DNA of 64,000 bases from Nitrospirota bacterium (GTDB lineage: Bacteria; Nitrospirota; UBA9217): positions 156,678 through 220,677 of the forward strand of contig JAOUEV010000001.1 in assembly GCA_029858565.1 (NCBI GenBank). Direction: 5' to 3'. The position numbers were made by a program, and so were the translations under genes. The notes below the pieces were generated by a model. It made no database searches. It was not told the DNA's origin and saw only the letters and a program-made list of their open reading frames with translations. Positions within the stretch are counted from its first letter, which is position 1. Each line of letters starts with the position of its first letter. Shown here in pieces: positions 27,967 through 38,734 of the stretch.

Positions 27967-29001
27967 CTATTTCTTCTCCTCGTACTTCACTACCTGCTTG
28001 CCTTTGGCGATCTCTCCGATGAGGAACGCCTTTTCCCCGAGCTTCTGGGCCTTTTTGATGACCTTGTCCGCCTGTTTCTTCGGGACCACGAGGATCATGC
28101 CGATGCCCATGTTGAAGGCCCGGTACATCTCCGCGTCGTCCACGCCGGCTTTCTTTTTGAGGAGTTTGAAGATCGGAGGGATGTCCCAGGTGCCCTTGGT
28201 GATCACGGCTGTCGTGCCCCTGGGAAGGACCCGCGGCGTGTTCTCGGTGATGCCGCCGCCGGTGATGTGCGCCATGCCCCGGACATCAAAATCCTTCATC
28301 AGTGCCAGAAGTGTCCTGACATAGATCCGCGTGGGCGTGAGCAGCGCTTCTCCAAGCTTGGGTCCGCCCAGTTCCGTAAGAATGTCGTCAACGCCGTAGC
28401 CGGCCTTTTCGAACAGGACCTTCCGCACCAGCGAATAGCCGTTGGAGTGAAGGCCTGATGATGCAAGCCCGATCACCTGGTCGCCCGGTTTGATCCGCGA
28501 TCCGTCAACGATGTTCTTCTTCTCGACCACGCCCACGGCAAAACCCGCGAGATCGTACTCTCCTTCGCTGTAGAAGGAGGGCATCTCCGCGGTCTCGCCG
28601 CCTATGAGCGCGCAGCCGGCCTGTTTGCATCCATCGGCGATCCCTTTCACCACCAGGGAGTGGTTCTGGGGCATGAGCTTTCCTGTGGCAAAGTAATCCA
28701 GGAAGAACAACGGCTCGGCGCCCTGGACAACGATATCGTTCACGCACATGGCGACCAGGTCGATACCCACGGTGTCGTGCCGGTTCATCATGAACGCGAT
28801 CTTGAGCTTGGTGCCGACGCCGTCGGTCCCGGACACCAGGACCGGGTTCCTGTACTTCTTCAGGGCAAAGAGGCCGCCGAAGCCTCCGATGTCCGTGAGA
28901 ACTTCGGGCCGGAAGGTCGACTTCACGAAGGGCTTGATTTTCTGGACAAAAAGGTCACCAGCGTCAATATCGACACCTGCGTCTTTATAGGTGATCGTCA
29001 T
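27967..29001 (-). CDS. purM: Phosphoribosylformylglycinamidine cyclo-ligase
   Basis: [40 protein letters not shown]. Confidence 0.97.
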   Translation of the reverse strand: MTITYKDAGVDIDAGDLFVQKIKPFVKSTFRPEVLTDIGGFGGLFALKKYRNPVLVSGTDGVGTKLKIAFMMNRHDTVGIDLVAMCVNDIVVQGAEPLFFLDYFATGKLMPQNHSLVVKGIADGCKQAGCALIGGETAEMPSFYSEGEYDLAGFAVGVVEKKNIVDGSRIKPGDQVIGLASSGLHSNGYSLVRKVLFEKAGYGVDDILTELGGPKLGEALLTPTRIYVRTLLALMKDFDVRGMAHITGGGITENTPRVLPRGTTAVITKGTWDIPPIFKLLKKKAGVDDAEMYRAFNMGIGMILVVPKKQADKVIKKAQKLGEKAFLIGEIAKGKQVVKYEEKK

Positions 29002-29039
29002 GGTTCTCCTCTGCCACGGGGTTATGAAAAATCGGCACA

Positions 29040-29068
29040 ATACTACAGGTAACCATTGGTGATGTCAA
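29040..29068 (-). promoter_or_regulatory. sigma70 promoter of purMN
   Basis: TTGACA, 17 nt, TAGTAT. Confidence 0.65.
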
Positions 29069-29105
29069 CACTTTTCACGGGGTGGGAACAGGGGGGCGAT
29101 GAGCG

Positions 29106-29585
29106 TTATTTCGTCACTTTCTGCTGGATGCTCTTGACCGTGCTATTGTTCATGAGTTCCAGGAACTTCGGATTGGCCAGGAGCGTTGCAATGTCGCCGG
29201 CGGTCACGGCCTGCATGATCGCGGGGTCCTCCATGGCCTTCTGGAAGGACGGATCGTCCTTGAGGGACTGGATCATGGACATGATCTCCTGGTCGGCGAT
29301 CATCTGCTTCTGCAGGGACTGTACCTGAGCTGCGTGGTCCGCGGGCGGCGAGGACACGCCGGAACCCTTGGCCCGGATCACGCGCACTGATGTGTCCTTG
29401 ACCGTGACCGTACCCATGGACTCGGTCCGGATCGTATAGACCCCGGTGGACAGGGAGAGGACCTCTCCGGTCAGCACGGTTCCGTCATACAGCTCGATTA
29501 CCTTTAGTTCCCCGGCAGACAGCATTCCTGCCGAAAGAACCAGGACAGTGAGAATCATAAGGATGAACGGAACGGTGCGTTTCAT
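29106..29585 (-). CDS. Exported hypothetical protein with STI1/DP-like helical C-terminus
   Basis: Signal peptide; DG..L.G beta domain; DDPSFQKAMEDPAIM...ANPKFLELM. Confidence 0.75.
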   Translation of the reverse strand: MKRTVPFILMILTVLVLSAGMLSAGELKVIELYDGTVLTGEVLSLSTGVYTIRTESMGTVTVKDTSVRVIRAKGSGVSSPPADHAAQVQSLQKQMIADQEIMSMIQSLKDDPSFQKAMEDPAIMQAVTAGDIATLLANPKFLELMNNSTVKSIQQKVTK

Positions 29586-29612
29586 AGGGCCTCCCGGAAT
29601 CACCATACGTAA

Positions 29613-30689
29613 CTATATACCGAAAAGCGGGTTGATGCAAGTGTGATCAAGTGTCATGTCAAGTGTCACCGTGCCGCGCGGGACTGCCGCGTCTGTCCGC
29701 ACCACGATCTTGCGCGCTTTTGTCCGGCCCAGCAGGATCGGAATGTTCCTTTTCTTCTGTCCCAGGGCCGTGGAAAGGTCCGCCGGGTGCACCCGCAGGA
29801 CCGCATCGCTGCCCGGCGTGATATCCGCCAGTACGCTGGTCATGAGCTTCAGGAACCGGGAGGAGGCCACAAGCTGGCCGAATGCCGGATGATACGGGCC
29901 GGCAACGACCGTGCCTGGACGGGCCAGTGTCTCGGTGTGCTGAAGCCCGATCCGTATCACATCAATGCCTGCGGCCTCGAACTGTTCCTGGGCTTCGGCA
30001 CACCAGGCAACTGCGTCCTCCCGTGCCAGGGGAGCGTACACCCCGTCGTGAAACAGCTTCTCCAGCGGCGTGTCGCGGATCACGAGCACCGGGTAGATGC
30101 GCACCATATCAGGTCCCAGCTCAACGGTCCTGATGACGGTCTCCCTGAACCGCGTCCTGCTGTCCTTGGGCAGGCCGGGCATGAGCTGGTACCCGATGAG
30201 AAAACCCTGCTCACGGAGCAGGCGCGTGGCCGCGACGGTGTGTTCTGATGTGTGGCCGCGGCCGGAGTGGTGGAGGACATCGTTATCCAGTGATTGGACA
30301 CCCAGTTCAACAGTTGCGACCTGATGCTTCCGGAGCAGGGCAAGCACTCCCGGCGTGATCCTGTCAGGACGCGTGGATATCCGGATGCTCCGCACTTCTC
30401 CGGCATCGAGGAACGGCCGCACCTCGCGCAAATAGGCCTGCTGCAGCTCCGGCGGGAGCGCGGTAAAGCTCCCGCCGTAGAATGCCACCTGGACATCGCG
30501 GGGTCGCTCCGCGGCCTGTATTCCCGCCTCCTGATGACCGTCACTGGCCTTTGCTGCGAGGAAGGAACGGATGGTCGCAGGGACCGATGCGGGGTGAACA
30601 GCGCTCTTTTTTCCGGTGATCCGCTTCTGGTCACAGAACACGCACTGGTGGGGGCAGCCGGCATGGGGGATGAAGAAAGGGATGATCAT
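29613..30689 (-). CDS. Radical SAM protein (Elp3/YhcC-like, no acetyltransferase domain)
   Basis: CPHQCVFC, AFYGGSFT, ISTRPD, ELGVQS, RIYP, GPYHPAFG. Confidence 0.88.
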   Translation of the reverse strand: MIIPFFIPHAGCPHQCVFCDQKRITGKKSAVHPASVPATIRSFLAAKASDGHQEAGIQAAERPRDVQVAFYGGSFTALPPELQQAYLREVRPFLDAGEVRSIRISTRPDRITPGVLALLRKHQVATVELGVQSLDNDVLHHSGRGHTSEHTVAATRLLREQGFLIGYQLMPGLPKDSRTRFRETVIRTVELGPDMVRIYPVLVIRDTPLEKLFHDGVYAPLAREDAVAWCAEAQEQFEAAGIDVIRIGLQHTETLARPGTVVAGPYHPAFGQLVASSRFLKLMTSVLADITPGSDAVLRVHPADLSTALGQKKRNIPILLGRTKARKIVVRTDAAVPRGTVTLDMTLDHTCINPLFGI

Positions 30690-30701
30690 AGCGCTACGCT
30701 C

Positions 30702-30791
30702 GAATGCGGAGTGCGGAATGTGGAATGCGGAGTGAAGGACAAGATCCGAGCCTTTACTCCTGACGTCTGACTTCTGTCTCCTGGTTCCTGA
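30702..30791. repeat. Two adjacent heptamer arrays (GAATGCG type; CTCCTGA type encoding the RNase III C-terminus)
   Basis: gaatgcg gagtgcg gaatgtg gaatgcg at 30702-30734; ctcctga cgtctga cttctgt ctcctgg ttcctga at 30757-30791. Confidence 0.8.
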
Positions 30792-31464
30792 ACTTTACAA
30801 GCGCTTCCCGTGCCGCGCGCTGTTCCGCTTCCTTTTTGCTCCTGCCAATGCCGCGGCCGTAGACCTCTCCTTTGATCGAAAGCTCGACGGTAAACTCCTT
30901 CTGGTGGTCCGGGCCGGACTCGGTGACGACGCGGTAGTCCGGGAGCGTCCGCATCCGTTCCTGGCAGAGCTCCTGGAGATCGGTCTTGGCATCGGCCCCG
31001 GTCCCGGCCGCAGGCGCGTTATTCAGGGAATCAAGAAAGAACCTGCTGATGAACGCGGCAGCCGGCGGAAGTCCGCCGTCCAGGTAGAGGGAGGCGATCA
31101 GGGCTTCGAGGGAGTCGGCCAGAAGCGAGTCCTTGTCCCGACCGCCGGTCTGCGCCTCGCCCTTGCCGAGGCGCAGGAACTCGCCCAGCCCGATCGACCG
31201 GGCAATGGCCGCCAGGGACTGCTCGCTCACGACCGAGGCGCGGAGGCGCGACAGCTCACCCTCGGGCGACTGCGGGCGCATCTCCATCAGGATCTCGCTC
31301 ACGACGAGGTTCAGGACCGCGTCGCCCAGGAATTCCATGCGTTCATTGTGCTCGGAGAGCCTGTTCTCGTTGGCGAAGGATTTATGAGTAAGGGCGCGCT
31401 CCAGCAGGACGGCATTCCTGAAATCATAGGACATCCGCTGCTGGAGCGCGTGGAACTGAGGCAT
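30754..31464 (-). CDS. rnc: Ribonuclease III
   Basis: NERMEFLGDAVL, LADSLEA, dsRBD (GPDHQKEF, SKKEAEQ). Confidence 0.96.
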   Translation of the reverse strand: MPQFHALQQRMSYDFRNAVLLERALTHKSFANENRLSEHNERMEFLGDAVLNLVVSEILMEMRPQSPEGELSRLRASVVSEQSLAAIARSIGLGEFLRLGKGEAQTGGRDKDSLLADSLEALIASLYLDGGLPPAAAFISRFFLDSLNNAPAAGTGADAKTDLQELCQERMRTLPDYRVVTESGPDHQKEFTVELSIKGEVYGRGIGRSKKEAEQRAAREALVKFRNQETEVRRQE

Positions 31465-31465
31465 G

Positions 31466-32707
31466 CTAGTTCCGGAACTTCTTGAAGATGACGGTGGCAT
31501 TGGTGCCGCCGAAGCCGAAGGAGTTCGACATGGCCACGTCGAACTCCTGCTTCCGGGCAGTGTTCGGCACGTAATCGAGGTCGCACTCCGGATCCGGGTT
31601 CTCGAGGTTGATCGTCGGAGGAAGGATCCCGTGCTCCATGGCGAGCAGGCTGATGACCGCCTCGACGCCGCCGGCCGCACCCAGGAGATGGCCGGTCATG
31701 GACTTGGTCGAACTGACCGGAACCTTCCGGGCGTGCTCGCCGAAGACCGACTTGATGGCCATGGTCTCAAGCTCGTCGCCGTACTTCGTTGACGTGCCGT
31801 GGGCGTTGATGTAGCCAACCTCGGACGGAGCGACGCCCGCGTCCTTGATCGCCATGGCCATGCACCGGGCCGCGCCTTCGCCGTTGGGCGCAGGCGAGGT
31901 GATGTGGTAGGCGTCGCCCGAGGCTCCGTAGCCGATGATCTCGGCGTAGATGCGGGCACCCCGTTTTTTCGCGAACTCCAGCTCCTCGAGGATGACGATC
32001 CCTGATCCCTCGCCCATGACGAATCCGTCGCGTTGGGAATCGAAGGGCCTGCTGGCGCGCTCGGGCTCGCTGTTCCGGGTGGAGAGCGCCTTCATGGCGT
32101 TGAACCCGCCGACCGCCAGGGGACAGATGGTCGCTTCCGTGCCGCCGGCGATCATGGCGTCGATCTCGCCCCGCTGGATCCATTTGAACGCGTCGCCGAT
32201 GGAATGGGTGCCCGTGGCGCATGCCGTGACCACGCTGATGTTCGGACCCTTGGCCCCGACGCGCATGGAGATATGTCCGGCCACCTCATTGACGATGACC
32301 ATGGGAATGAAGAACGGCGTGATCCTGCGGTAGCCCTTTTCCCGGTAGGCGTCATAGACCCGTTCGATGGCGGGAAGGCCGCCCATGCCCGCGCCTACCA
32401 TGACACCGATGCGATCGGCGTTCTCCGGGGAGATGATGAGCTTCGAATCTTCCATGGCCATCTGGCTGGCGGCGATGGCCAGATGGATGAAACGGTCCAT
32501 CTTTTTGATCTCTTTTGGCTCGATGTACTTGGCCGCGTCGAATCCCTTCACTTCTCCGGCGATCTGGGTGGGGATATCCTTGTCATCGAACTGGGTGATC
32601 GGGCCGATGCCGGACCTGCCCGCCGCTATGCCCTGCCACGAAGATTCCGTATCCAGACCGACGGGCGTGATCATGCCGACGCCGGTTACCACGACTCTGC
32701 GCTTCAA
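31466..32707 (-). CDS. fabF: 3-oxoacyl-ACP synthase II
   Basis: [25 protein letters not shown]; probable TTG start after GGAGG (alternative ATG at 32725). Confidence 0.96.
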   Translation of the reverse strand: MKRRVVVTGVGMITPVGLDTESSWQGIAAGRSGIGPITQFDDKDIPTQIAGEVKGFDAAKYIEPKEIKKMDRFIHLAIAASQMAMEDSKLIISPENADRIGVMVGAGMGGLPAIERVYDAYREKGYRRITPFFIPMVIVNEVAGHISMRVGAKGPNISVVTACATGTHSIGDAFKWIQRGEIDAMIAGGTEATICPLAVGGFNAMKALSTRNSEPERASRPFDSQRDGFVMGEGSGIVILEELEFAKKRGARIYAEIIGYGASGDAYHITSPAPNGEGAARCMAMAIKDAGVAPSEVGYINAHGTSTKYGDELETMAIKSVFGEHARKVPVSSTKSMTGHLLGAAGGVEAVISLLAMEHGILPPTINLENPDPECDLDYVPNTARKQEFDVAMSNSFGFGGTNATVIFKKFRN

Positions 32708-32828
32708 AGGATGTACCTCCTGCATGCTTTAAAATCCGAAAAGCCAAAAAACCCGACCTCGTTCTGAGGGAGGGGGTCTTCTGGCTTTCGGAAAGTCCAG
32801 CAAAAAGAACGTAGTGCCGATGCTGCCT

Positions 32829-33065
32829 TTACTTCGCTTTTGCCTTGATGTAATCGATGGCGTTCTGGACCGTAGCGATCTTCTCCGCATCTTCGTCCGG
32901 GATCTCGACGCCGAACTCCTCTTCGAGGGCCATGACCAGCTCGACCGTATCGAGCGAGTCAGCGCCCAGGTCGTTCACGAACGATGCTTCGGGCTTCACG
33001 TCGCTCTCCGGCACGCCAAGCTGCTCGGAAATGATCTTTTTTACCTTGCCTTCAACTTCTGCCAT
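32829..33065 (-). CDS. acpP: Acyl carrier protein
   Basis: [20 protein letters not shown]. Confidence 0.97.
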   Translation of the reverse strand: MAEVEGKVKKIISEQLGVPESDVKPEASFVNDLGADSLDTVELVMALEEEFGVEIPDEDAEKIATVQNAIDYIKAKAK

Positions 33066-33123
33066 TGTATCCTCCTCTGGAAACAGTCGATAATTCATCA
33101 GTCGTCAGTCGACCGGTTGGTCG

Positions 33124-33864
33124 TTACATGTACATGCCGCCGTTCACGTGGATCACCTGGCCGGTGATGTATGCCGCGGCCGGGGACGCCAGGAACCGAA
33201 CCGCATTCGCCACATCCTCGGACGATCCCAGACGGCCCAGCGGGATCTGCTTGGCCAGGTCCTGCCGCACCTGCTCGGAGAGCGCCTGGGTCATGGCCGT
33301 ATCGATGAAGCCCGGGGCAACGGCGTTGGCCGTCACGTTCCTGTTGGCGTATTCGCGCGCAATGGTCTTGGTCAGGCCGATCAGCCCGGCCTTGGACGCC
33401 ACATAGTTCGCCTGGCCAGCGTTGCCCATGGCGCCCACGATGGACGCGATGTTGATGATCGTGCCGCTGCGCTGCTTGGTCATGTGCTTGAGCGCGGCTT
33501 TGGTGCAGAGGAACGAGCCTTTCAGGTTGATCGAGAGCACCAGGTCCCAGTCCTCGTCCTTCATCCGCAGGATCAGTCCGTCGCGGGTAATGCCGGCATT
33601 GTTCACCAGAACATCGATCCTGCCGAACTTCTCCACCACCTGGTCGATCATTCCGGTCACTTCGGCCGAGGCGGCCACGTTTGCCTTGAGGGCCAGTGAC
33701 TTCCGGCCCTTTGCCTCGATGTCCGCCGCGGTCTTCTGGGCTGCTTCGAGGTTCACGTCGCAGATGGCCACATCGGCGCCGTCCGCGGCGAGGCCCAGCG
33801 CAATGTCCCGGCCTATGCCCTGTGCAGCGCCGGTGACGAGTGCTATTTTTCCGGAAAGCATCAT
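33124..33864 (-). CDS. fabG: 3-oxoacyl-ACP reductase
   Basis: TGAAQGIG, NNAGITRD, YVASK, VAPGFIDT, VNGGM. Confidence 0.96.
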   Translation of the reverse strand: MMLSGKIALVTGAAQGIGRDIALGLAADGADVAICDVNLEAAQKTAADIEAKGRKSLALKANVAASAEVTGMIDQVVEKFGRIDVLVNNAGITRDGLILRMKDEDWDLVLSINLKGSFLCTKAALKHMTKQRSGTIINIASIVGAMGNAGQANYVASKAGLIGLTKTIAREYANRNVTANAVAPGFIDTAMTQALSEQVRQDLAKQIPLGRLGSSEDVANAVRFLASPAAAYITGQVIHVNGGMYM

Positions 33865-33903
33865 GAACTTCTCCTCGGAAAAGACAAAAACCAGGAAATT
33901 ATA

Positions 33904-33930
33904 TCTCGCAGAGGCACGAAGCACGCAGAG
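33904..33930. repeat. CGCAGAG/CACGAAG 8-9-mer array
   Basis: tctcgcagag gcacgaa gcacgcagag. Confidence 0.5.
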
Positions 33931-33961
33931 AAAGCAGGACCCGGAATTAAGACTTCTCTGT

Positions 33962-34125
33962 ACTGCAGTGCGATGACATGCTCATGGCGAGCGGAGCAAA
34001 CTTTTTACGCCCGCAGCCTTGGCCGGTACCGTAGTATTTTCTCCGGTGATAACGATCTGGCCGGGGCTGTTGTAATTTGCAGGGGCAACTATACCATTTT
34101 TCGACACTTTGAGGCAAGTACTTTT
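33962..34125 (-). pseudogene. fabD: Degraded remnant of the native fabD
   Basis: Minus strand reads KSTCLKVSKNGIVAPANYNSPGQIVITGENTTVPAKAAG, then after a frameshift KKFAPLAMSMSSHCS. This matches the FabD motifs N-Y/F-N-S-P-G-Q and PL.VSVPSHC. It lies in the canonical slot before fabG. Confidence 0.85.
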
Positions 34126-34415
34126 CTAGGGAACCGGATCCGCGTGGGCTTGCGGGCTCAGGCGGCCCACCGTCGCTTTTGCACGCTCCCCCGGCATCTG
34201 GAGATGCGCGGTTATTGTCAAAATTAGACCGCAAAATCAGCCGGTTGTGCCGATAATTGTATTGATAAGTTCTCGTGCCCGTGCTATTTTTCTTCCATAG
34301 CTTCACGCAGGAATCTTTTCGCTGAAGGATCATGCGCTTTCACTGGATCGCTGGTTCTCGTGGGAGCGATCGTAGCGCAGAAATCGAGTCGTTTGTTCAA
34401 CCTGGGGGGGCTTCT

Positions 34416-34925
34416 ATGATCATCAAAGAGCTGAACGGGCATACCCCGAAGTTCGGTAAGGATTGTTTCCTGGCCGAGAATGCTGTTGTTATCGGTGATG
34501 TGGTGATGGGGGACCAGTGCAGTGTCTGGTACAATGCCGTCATCCGGGGCGATGTTCACTTCATTCGTATAGGGGATAAAGTGAACATCCAGGACGGAGC
34601 AGTGGTGCACTGCACCTATCAGACATCGCCGACCACGATCGGCAATAACGTCTCTATCGGACACAATGCCATCGTTCATGGCTGCACGATCCACGATAAC
34701 GTTCTTGTGGGCATGGGGGCGATCGTCATGGATGATTGCGTGATAGAAAGCAATTCGATCATTGCCGCCGGTGCAGTCGTCACCCACGGGACACGGGTGG
34801 AGGCGGGATCGGTGTTCGCCGGGGTGCCGGCGAAAAAGATCAAGAACGTCAGTCAGGAGCAGATCGCCAACGAGATCGAAGGCCGGGCGGACAATTACGT
34901 AAAATATGCCGCCTGGTACAAATAG
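34416..34925 (+). CDS. Gamma carbonic anhydrase family hexapeptide-repeat protein
   Basis: VIGDV, IRGD, NIQDGAVVH, IGHNAIVHGC, GVPAK. Confidence 0.9.
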   Translation: MIIKELNGHTPKFGKDCFLAENAVVIGDVVMGDQCSVWYNAVIRGDVHFIRIGDKVNIQDGAVVHCTYQTSPTTIGNNVSIGHNAIVHGCTIHDNVLVGMGAIVMDDCVIESNSIIAAGAVVTHGTRVEAGSVFAGVPAKKIKNVSQEQIANEIEGRADNYVKYAAWYK

Positions 34926-35091
34926 CCTTTCCCGCCCCGCATCCTTCCGAAAAGTTACATCAAGACCGATGGAACCACGGGTCCCGACTTTGTCGTGACA
35001 CACAGATGGAGACAAGGCTTTCCGTTCTTGATTCTATCTGTGTGTGGCGAAGCCACCAGTGGTTACAGCGGTTTGGTTCCGGCTTTTCAGG

Positions 35092-37101
35092 TCACGTCGT
35101 GAACGTGATGAGGACCTCATCGGTTTCCACCGCTTTGCCGACCGTCGCAGCCACCTCTTCCACGATCCCTTCGCAGGGCGAGGACACCCCGCTTTCCATT
35201 TTCATGGATTCGATGACCACCAGGTCCTGGCCGCGGTAGACGCGATCCCCTTTTTTGACCAGGATATTGACCACCATGCCGGGAAGGGGGGAGAGCAGCA
35301 TGTTCTCGGTGGAGCCTTTGGCTTCCTTCGGCATGTACTGGGCCAGCTCCCACTCTCCGGGCGTGTAGACCTCGAAGATGCGGGAATTGCCGCAATAGGC
35401 CGCCCAGATGAAGTTCTGCCGGTACTGGAGCCTGAAGTAGTGGTTCACGCTGTTGATCGACAGCTTCAATATGCGCCGGTAGAACTCGAACGCCGGCGTG
35501 ACTATGTTGTATTCCGTGCCGTTCACTTTGCAGTGCCAGTCCGGTGAGGCAAGCTCTCCTTCCAGTTCAACCTGAAAGATGTCGTTGTTGCCTTTGACCA
35601 CATAGCGGTGCAGGTGGTCCGGTTTGTGCGAGAGGCCGACCTTTGCCGCCATGGGCTTGAGGGATTCCCGGACCAGGTTCTTGCGGTTGTGATAGACGAT
35701 GGTCGCGGCGATGACCATGGCTGCGAGCTGTTCCATCGGCGGCTCGGCCTTGGCCGCGCCCTCCTCGAAATGCTGATCGATGAACCCGGTCGAGAGGTCG
35801 CCCTTGATGAAGGAGGGATGGTTCAGGATGGAGTTCGCGAAGTTCACGTTCGTGGTCACGCCTTCGATATGGTATCGGTTCAGCGCATTGATCAGGGAGG
35901 TCCGCGCCTGCTCCCGCGTCTCGCCCCAGCTGATCACTTTGGAGAGCAGTGAATCGTAGTAGACGCTGACGAAGCTGCCGGCCTCCACGCCGCTGTCGAG
36001 TCTGACGTTCCTGCCCTTGAGGTTCGAGTACCGGGTGATCAGTCCCGTCGAGGGAAGGAAGTTCCGCGACGAATCCTCGGCGCAGATCCTGGCCTCGATG
36101 GACCAGCCCTTGATCGAAACGTCCTTCTGCTTGATCGGCAGGGGCTCGCCTGATGCGACCTTGAGCTGCAGCTCCACGAGGTCGAGGCCCGTGACCATCT
36201 CGGTCACCGGGTGCTCCACCTGGAGCCGCGTGTTCATCTCCATGAAGAAGAAGTTCCTGTTGCCGTCCATGATGAATTCCACGGTGCCTGCGTTGGAGTA
36301 CCCCGCCTCGCGGGCCAATGCGCAGGCCAGCTCGCCCATGCGGGCCCTGAGCGCCTCGTCGACGGCAAGGGAAGGGGCTTCCTCGATCACCTTCTGGTAA
36401 CGCCGCTGGATCGAGCACTCCCGCTCTCCGAGATACAGTGCGTTCCCCTGCTTGTCGGCGATGATCTGGATCTCGATATGGCGGGGGGTGCTGATGAACC
36501 GCTCTAGGAATATCCGGTTGTCACCGAATGCCTTGCGGGTCTCCTCCTGTGCGGACTGGAGCGCGGATTCAAGTTCATGAGGCCCGGCGACCATACGCAT
36601 GCCCCGTCCGCCGCCTCCGGCAGCCGGCTTGAGCAGCACGGGATATCCGATCTCGGCGGCAAGCGCCCGTATCTCGTCGAGGTCGACGATGGGCAGGTTG
36701 TGGCCAACCACCACCGGCACCCCGGCCTTCATTGCGATGTTCTTGGCAGAAATCTTGTCTCCCAGAGCGGAGATCACCTCCGCCGAGGGCCCGATGAAGG
36801 TCAAGCCCGCGTTGGCCACGGCGGCGGCGAACTTCGAGTTCTCCGACAGGAATCCGTAGCCCGGGTGAACAGCCTGGGCGCCTGTTTCGAGCGCGGCGGT
36901 GACGATCTTTTCGTGCACCAGATAGGAGGACGTTGACGGCGCCGGACCTATGTGAACGGCCTCGTCGGCCTCCCGCACATGGAGCGAACGCGCGTCGGCG
37001 TCGGAGTAGACCGCCACGGTCTTGACCTTCAGCTTCCTGCAGGTCTTGATGATGCGGATCGCGATCTCACCACGGTTTGCTATAAGGATCTTGTCGAACA
37101 T
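35092..37101 (-). CDS. pccA: Propionyl/acyl-CoA carboxylase alpha (biotin carboxylase plus BCCP)
   Basis: ANRGEIA, HPGYGFLSEN, GGGGRGMR, EMNTRLQVEHPVTE, ESMKM biotin site. Confidence 0.9.
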   Translation of the reverse strand: MFDKILIANRGEIAIRIIKTCRKLKVKTVAVYSDADARSLHVREADEAVHIGPAPSTSSYLVHEKIVTAALETGAQAVHPGYGFLSENSKFAAAVANAGLTFIGPSAEVISALGDKISAKNIAMKAGVPVVVGHNLPIVDLDEIRALAAEIGYPVLLKPAAGGGGRGMRMVAGPHELESALQSAQEETRKAFGDNRIFLERFISTPRHIEIQIIADKQGNALYLGERECSIQRRYQKVIEEAPSLAVDEALRARMGELACALAREAGYSNAGTVEFIMDGNRNFFFMEMNTRLQVEHPVTEMVTGLDLVELQLKVASGEPLPIKQKDVSIKGWSIEARICAEDSSRNFLPSTGLITRYSNLKGRNVRLDSGVEAGSFVSVYYDSLLSKVISWGETREQARTSLINALNRYHIEGVTTNVNFANSILNHPSFIKGDLSTGFIDQHFEEGAAKAEPPMEQLAAMVIAATIVYHNRKNLVRESLKPMAAKVGLSHKPDHLHRYVVKGNNDIFQVELEGELASPDWHCKVNGTEYNIVTPAFEFYRRILKLSINSVNHYFRLQYRQNFIWAAYCGNSRIFEVYTPGEWELAQYMPKEAKGSTENMLLSPLPGMVVNILVKKGDRVYRGQDLVVIESMKMESGVSSPCEGIVEEVAATVGKAVETDEVLITFTT

Positions 37102-37123
37102 AGCGGCTCCTTTTTTTAGAAGA

Positions 37124-38677
37124 TCACAACGGAATATTCCCGTGCTTCCGCTGCGGCCGGTTCGTCCGTTTGTTCTCCAGGAACTGGAGGCTGCGGATCA
37201 GCCGGTGACGCGTTTCACGGGGGCTGATGACGTCGTCGATGAACCCGCGCTTTGCAGCCATGAAGGGATTGGCGTAGGCCTGCCGGTATTCTTCCGTTTT
37301 CCGGGCGAGCATCTCTTCGGGATTGGCGGCCTCGTCGATCTCCTTGCGGTAGATGATCTGCGCGGCGCCTTTGGGCCCGAGCACGGCGATCTCCGCCGCG
37401 GGCCAGGCAAGGTTCACGTCGCAGCCGATGTGCTTGGAGTTCATGACCACGTAGGCGCCGCCGTAGGCTTTCCGGATGATGACCGTGATCCGCGGCACCG
37501 TGGCTTCCGAGAAGGCATAGAGCAGCTTCGCGCCGTGCCGGATGATGCCGCCGTGCTCCTGCACCGGACCGGGCATGAACCCCGGGACGTCCTCGAGGCA
37601 GACGAGCGGGATATTGAAAGCGTCGCAGAACCGGACGAAGCGGGCGGCCTTTTCCGAGGCCTGGACGTCAAGGACGCCGGCGAGCACCGCGGGCTGGTTG
37701 GCGATGAGGCCGATGGTCTGGCCGCCGAGACGGCCGAATCCCACGATGATGTTCCGCGCGAAGTGGGGGTGGATCTCCAAAAACTCGGCCCCGTCCAGGA
37801 TGCTGGTGATGAGGATCTTCATGTCATAGGTCTGGTTCGGGTTCGCCGGGACCAGGTAATCCAGGGCTGGATCGGTGCGCTCGATCGGGTCCCGCAGGTC
37901 GAGGATCGGCGCCTGCTGGCGGTTGTTCGAAGGCAGGTAATTGATCAGACGCCGCACCTCGCGCAGGCAGAGGATGTCGTTGGGAAAGGCGAAATGGGCC
38001 ACGCCGCTCTTCTTGCTGTGCACCATGGCCCCGCCCAGGTCTTCCGCCGTGATGTCCTGGTGGGTGACGGTCTTCACGACGTTCGGCCCCGTGACGAACA
38101 TGTAGGAGGTGTGCTCGACCATGAAGGTGAAGTCCGTGATGGCCGGGCTGTAGACCGCGCCGCCGGCGCAGGGGCCCATGACGCAGGATATCTGCGGCAC
38201 TACCCCGCTTGCCTGCACATTGCGGTGGAATATCTCGCCGTAGGCAGCCAGGGATTCGACGCCTTCCTGGATGCGCGCGCCGCCTGAATCGTTCAGACCG
38301 ATGATCGGCGCGCCGACCCGGACAGCATGGTCCATGACCTTGCAGATCTTCTGGGAATGGGCCTCGCCGAGAGCGCCGCCCATGATGGTGAAGTCCTGGC
38401 TGAAGACGAACACCTCGCGTCCGTCGATGGTACCGTGGCCGGTGATCACGCCGTCGCCGGGAAACTCACCGACGCCGCTCGAGAGTCCCGCCCTGCCGGT
38501 CATCAGCAGATCGAACTCCTCGAACGAGCCTTCGTCGAGCAGCAGATCGATGCGCTCCCGCGCGGTGAGTTTGCCTTTCTTGTGCTGCGCGTCGATCCTC
38601 TTTGCGCCGCCGCCAAGAAGAGCTTCCTCTTTCATGGATTCAAGCTTTATCAGATTGTCCTGTCCGGGCTGCTGCAT
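37124..38677 (-). CDS. pccB: Propionyl-CoA carboxylase beta (carboxyltransferase)
   Basis: [41 protein letters not shown]. Confidence 0.92.
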   Translation of the reverse strand: MQQPGQDNLIKLESMKEEALLGGGAKRIDAQHKKGKLTARERIDLLLDEGSFEEFDLLMTGRAGLSSGVGEFPGDGVITGHGTIDGREVFVFSQDFTIMGGALGEAHSQKICKVMDHAVRVGAPIIGLNDSGGARIQEGVESLAAYGEIFHRNVQASGVVPQISCVMGPCAGGAVYSPAITDFTFMVEHTSYMFVTGPNVVKTVTHQDITAEDLGGAMVHSKKSGVAHFAFPNDILCLREVRRLINYLPSNNRQQAPILDLRDPIERTDPALDYLVPANPNQTYDMKILITSILDGAEFLEIHPHFARNIIVGFGRLGGQTIGLIANQPAVLAGVLDVQASEKAARFVRFCDAFNIPLVCLEDVPGFMPGPVQEHGGIIRHGAKLLYAFSEATVPRITVIIRKAYGGAYVVMNSKHIGCDVNLAWPAAEIAVLGPKGAAQIIYRKEIDEAANPEEMLARKTEEYRQAYANPFMAAKRGFIDDVISPRETRHRLIRSLQFLENKRTNRPQRKHGNIPL

Positions 38678-38734
38678 CGAATTACCTCCCTGGAAAAGGT
38701 GCTTTGTAAGGAACGCAATGACCGGACGGAGCGT

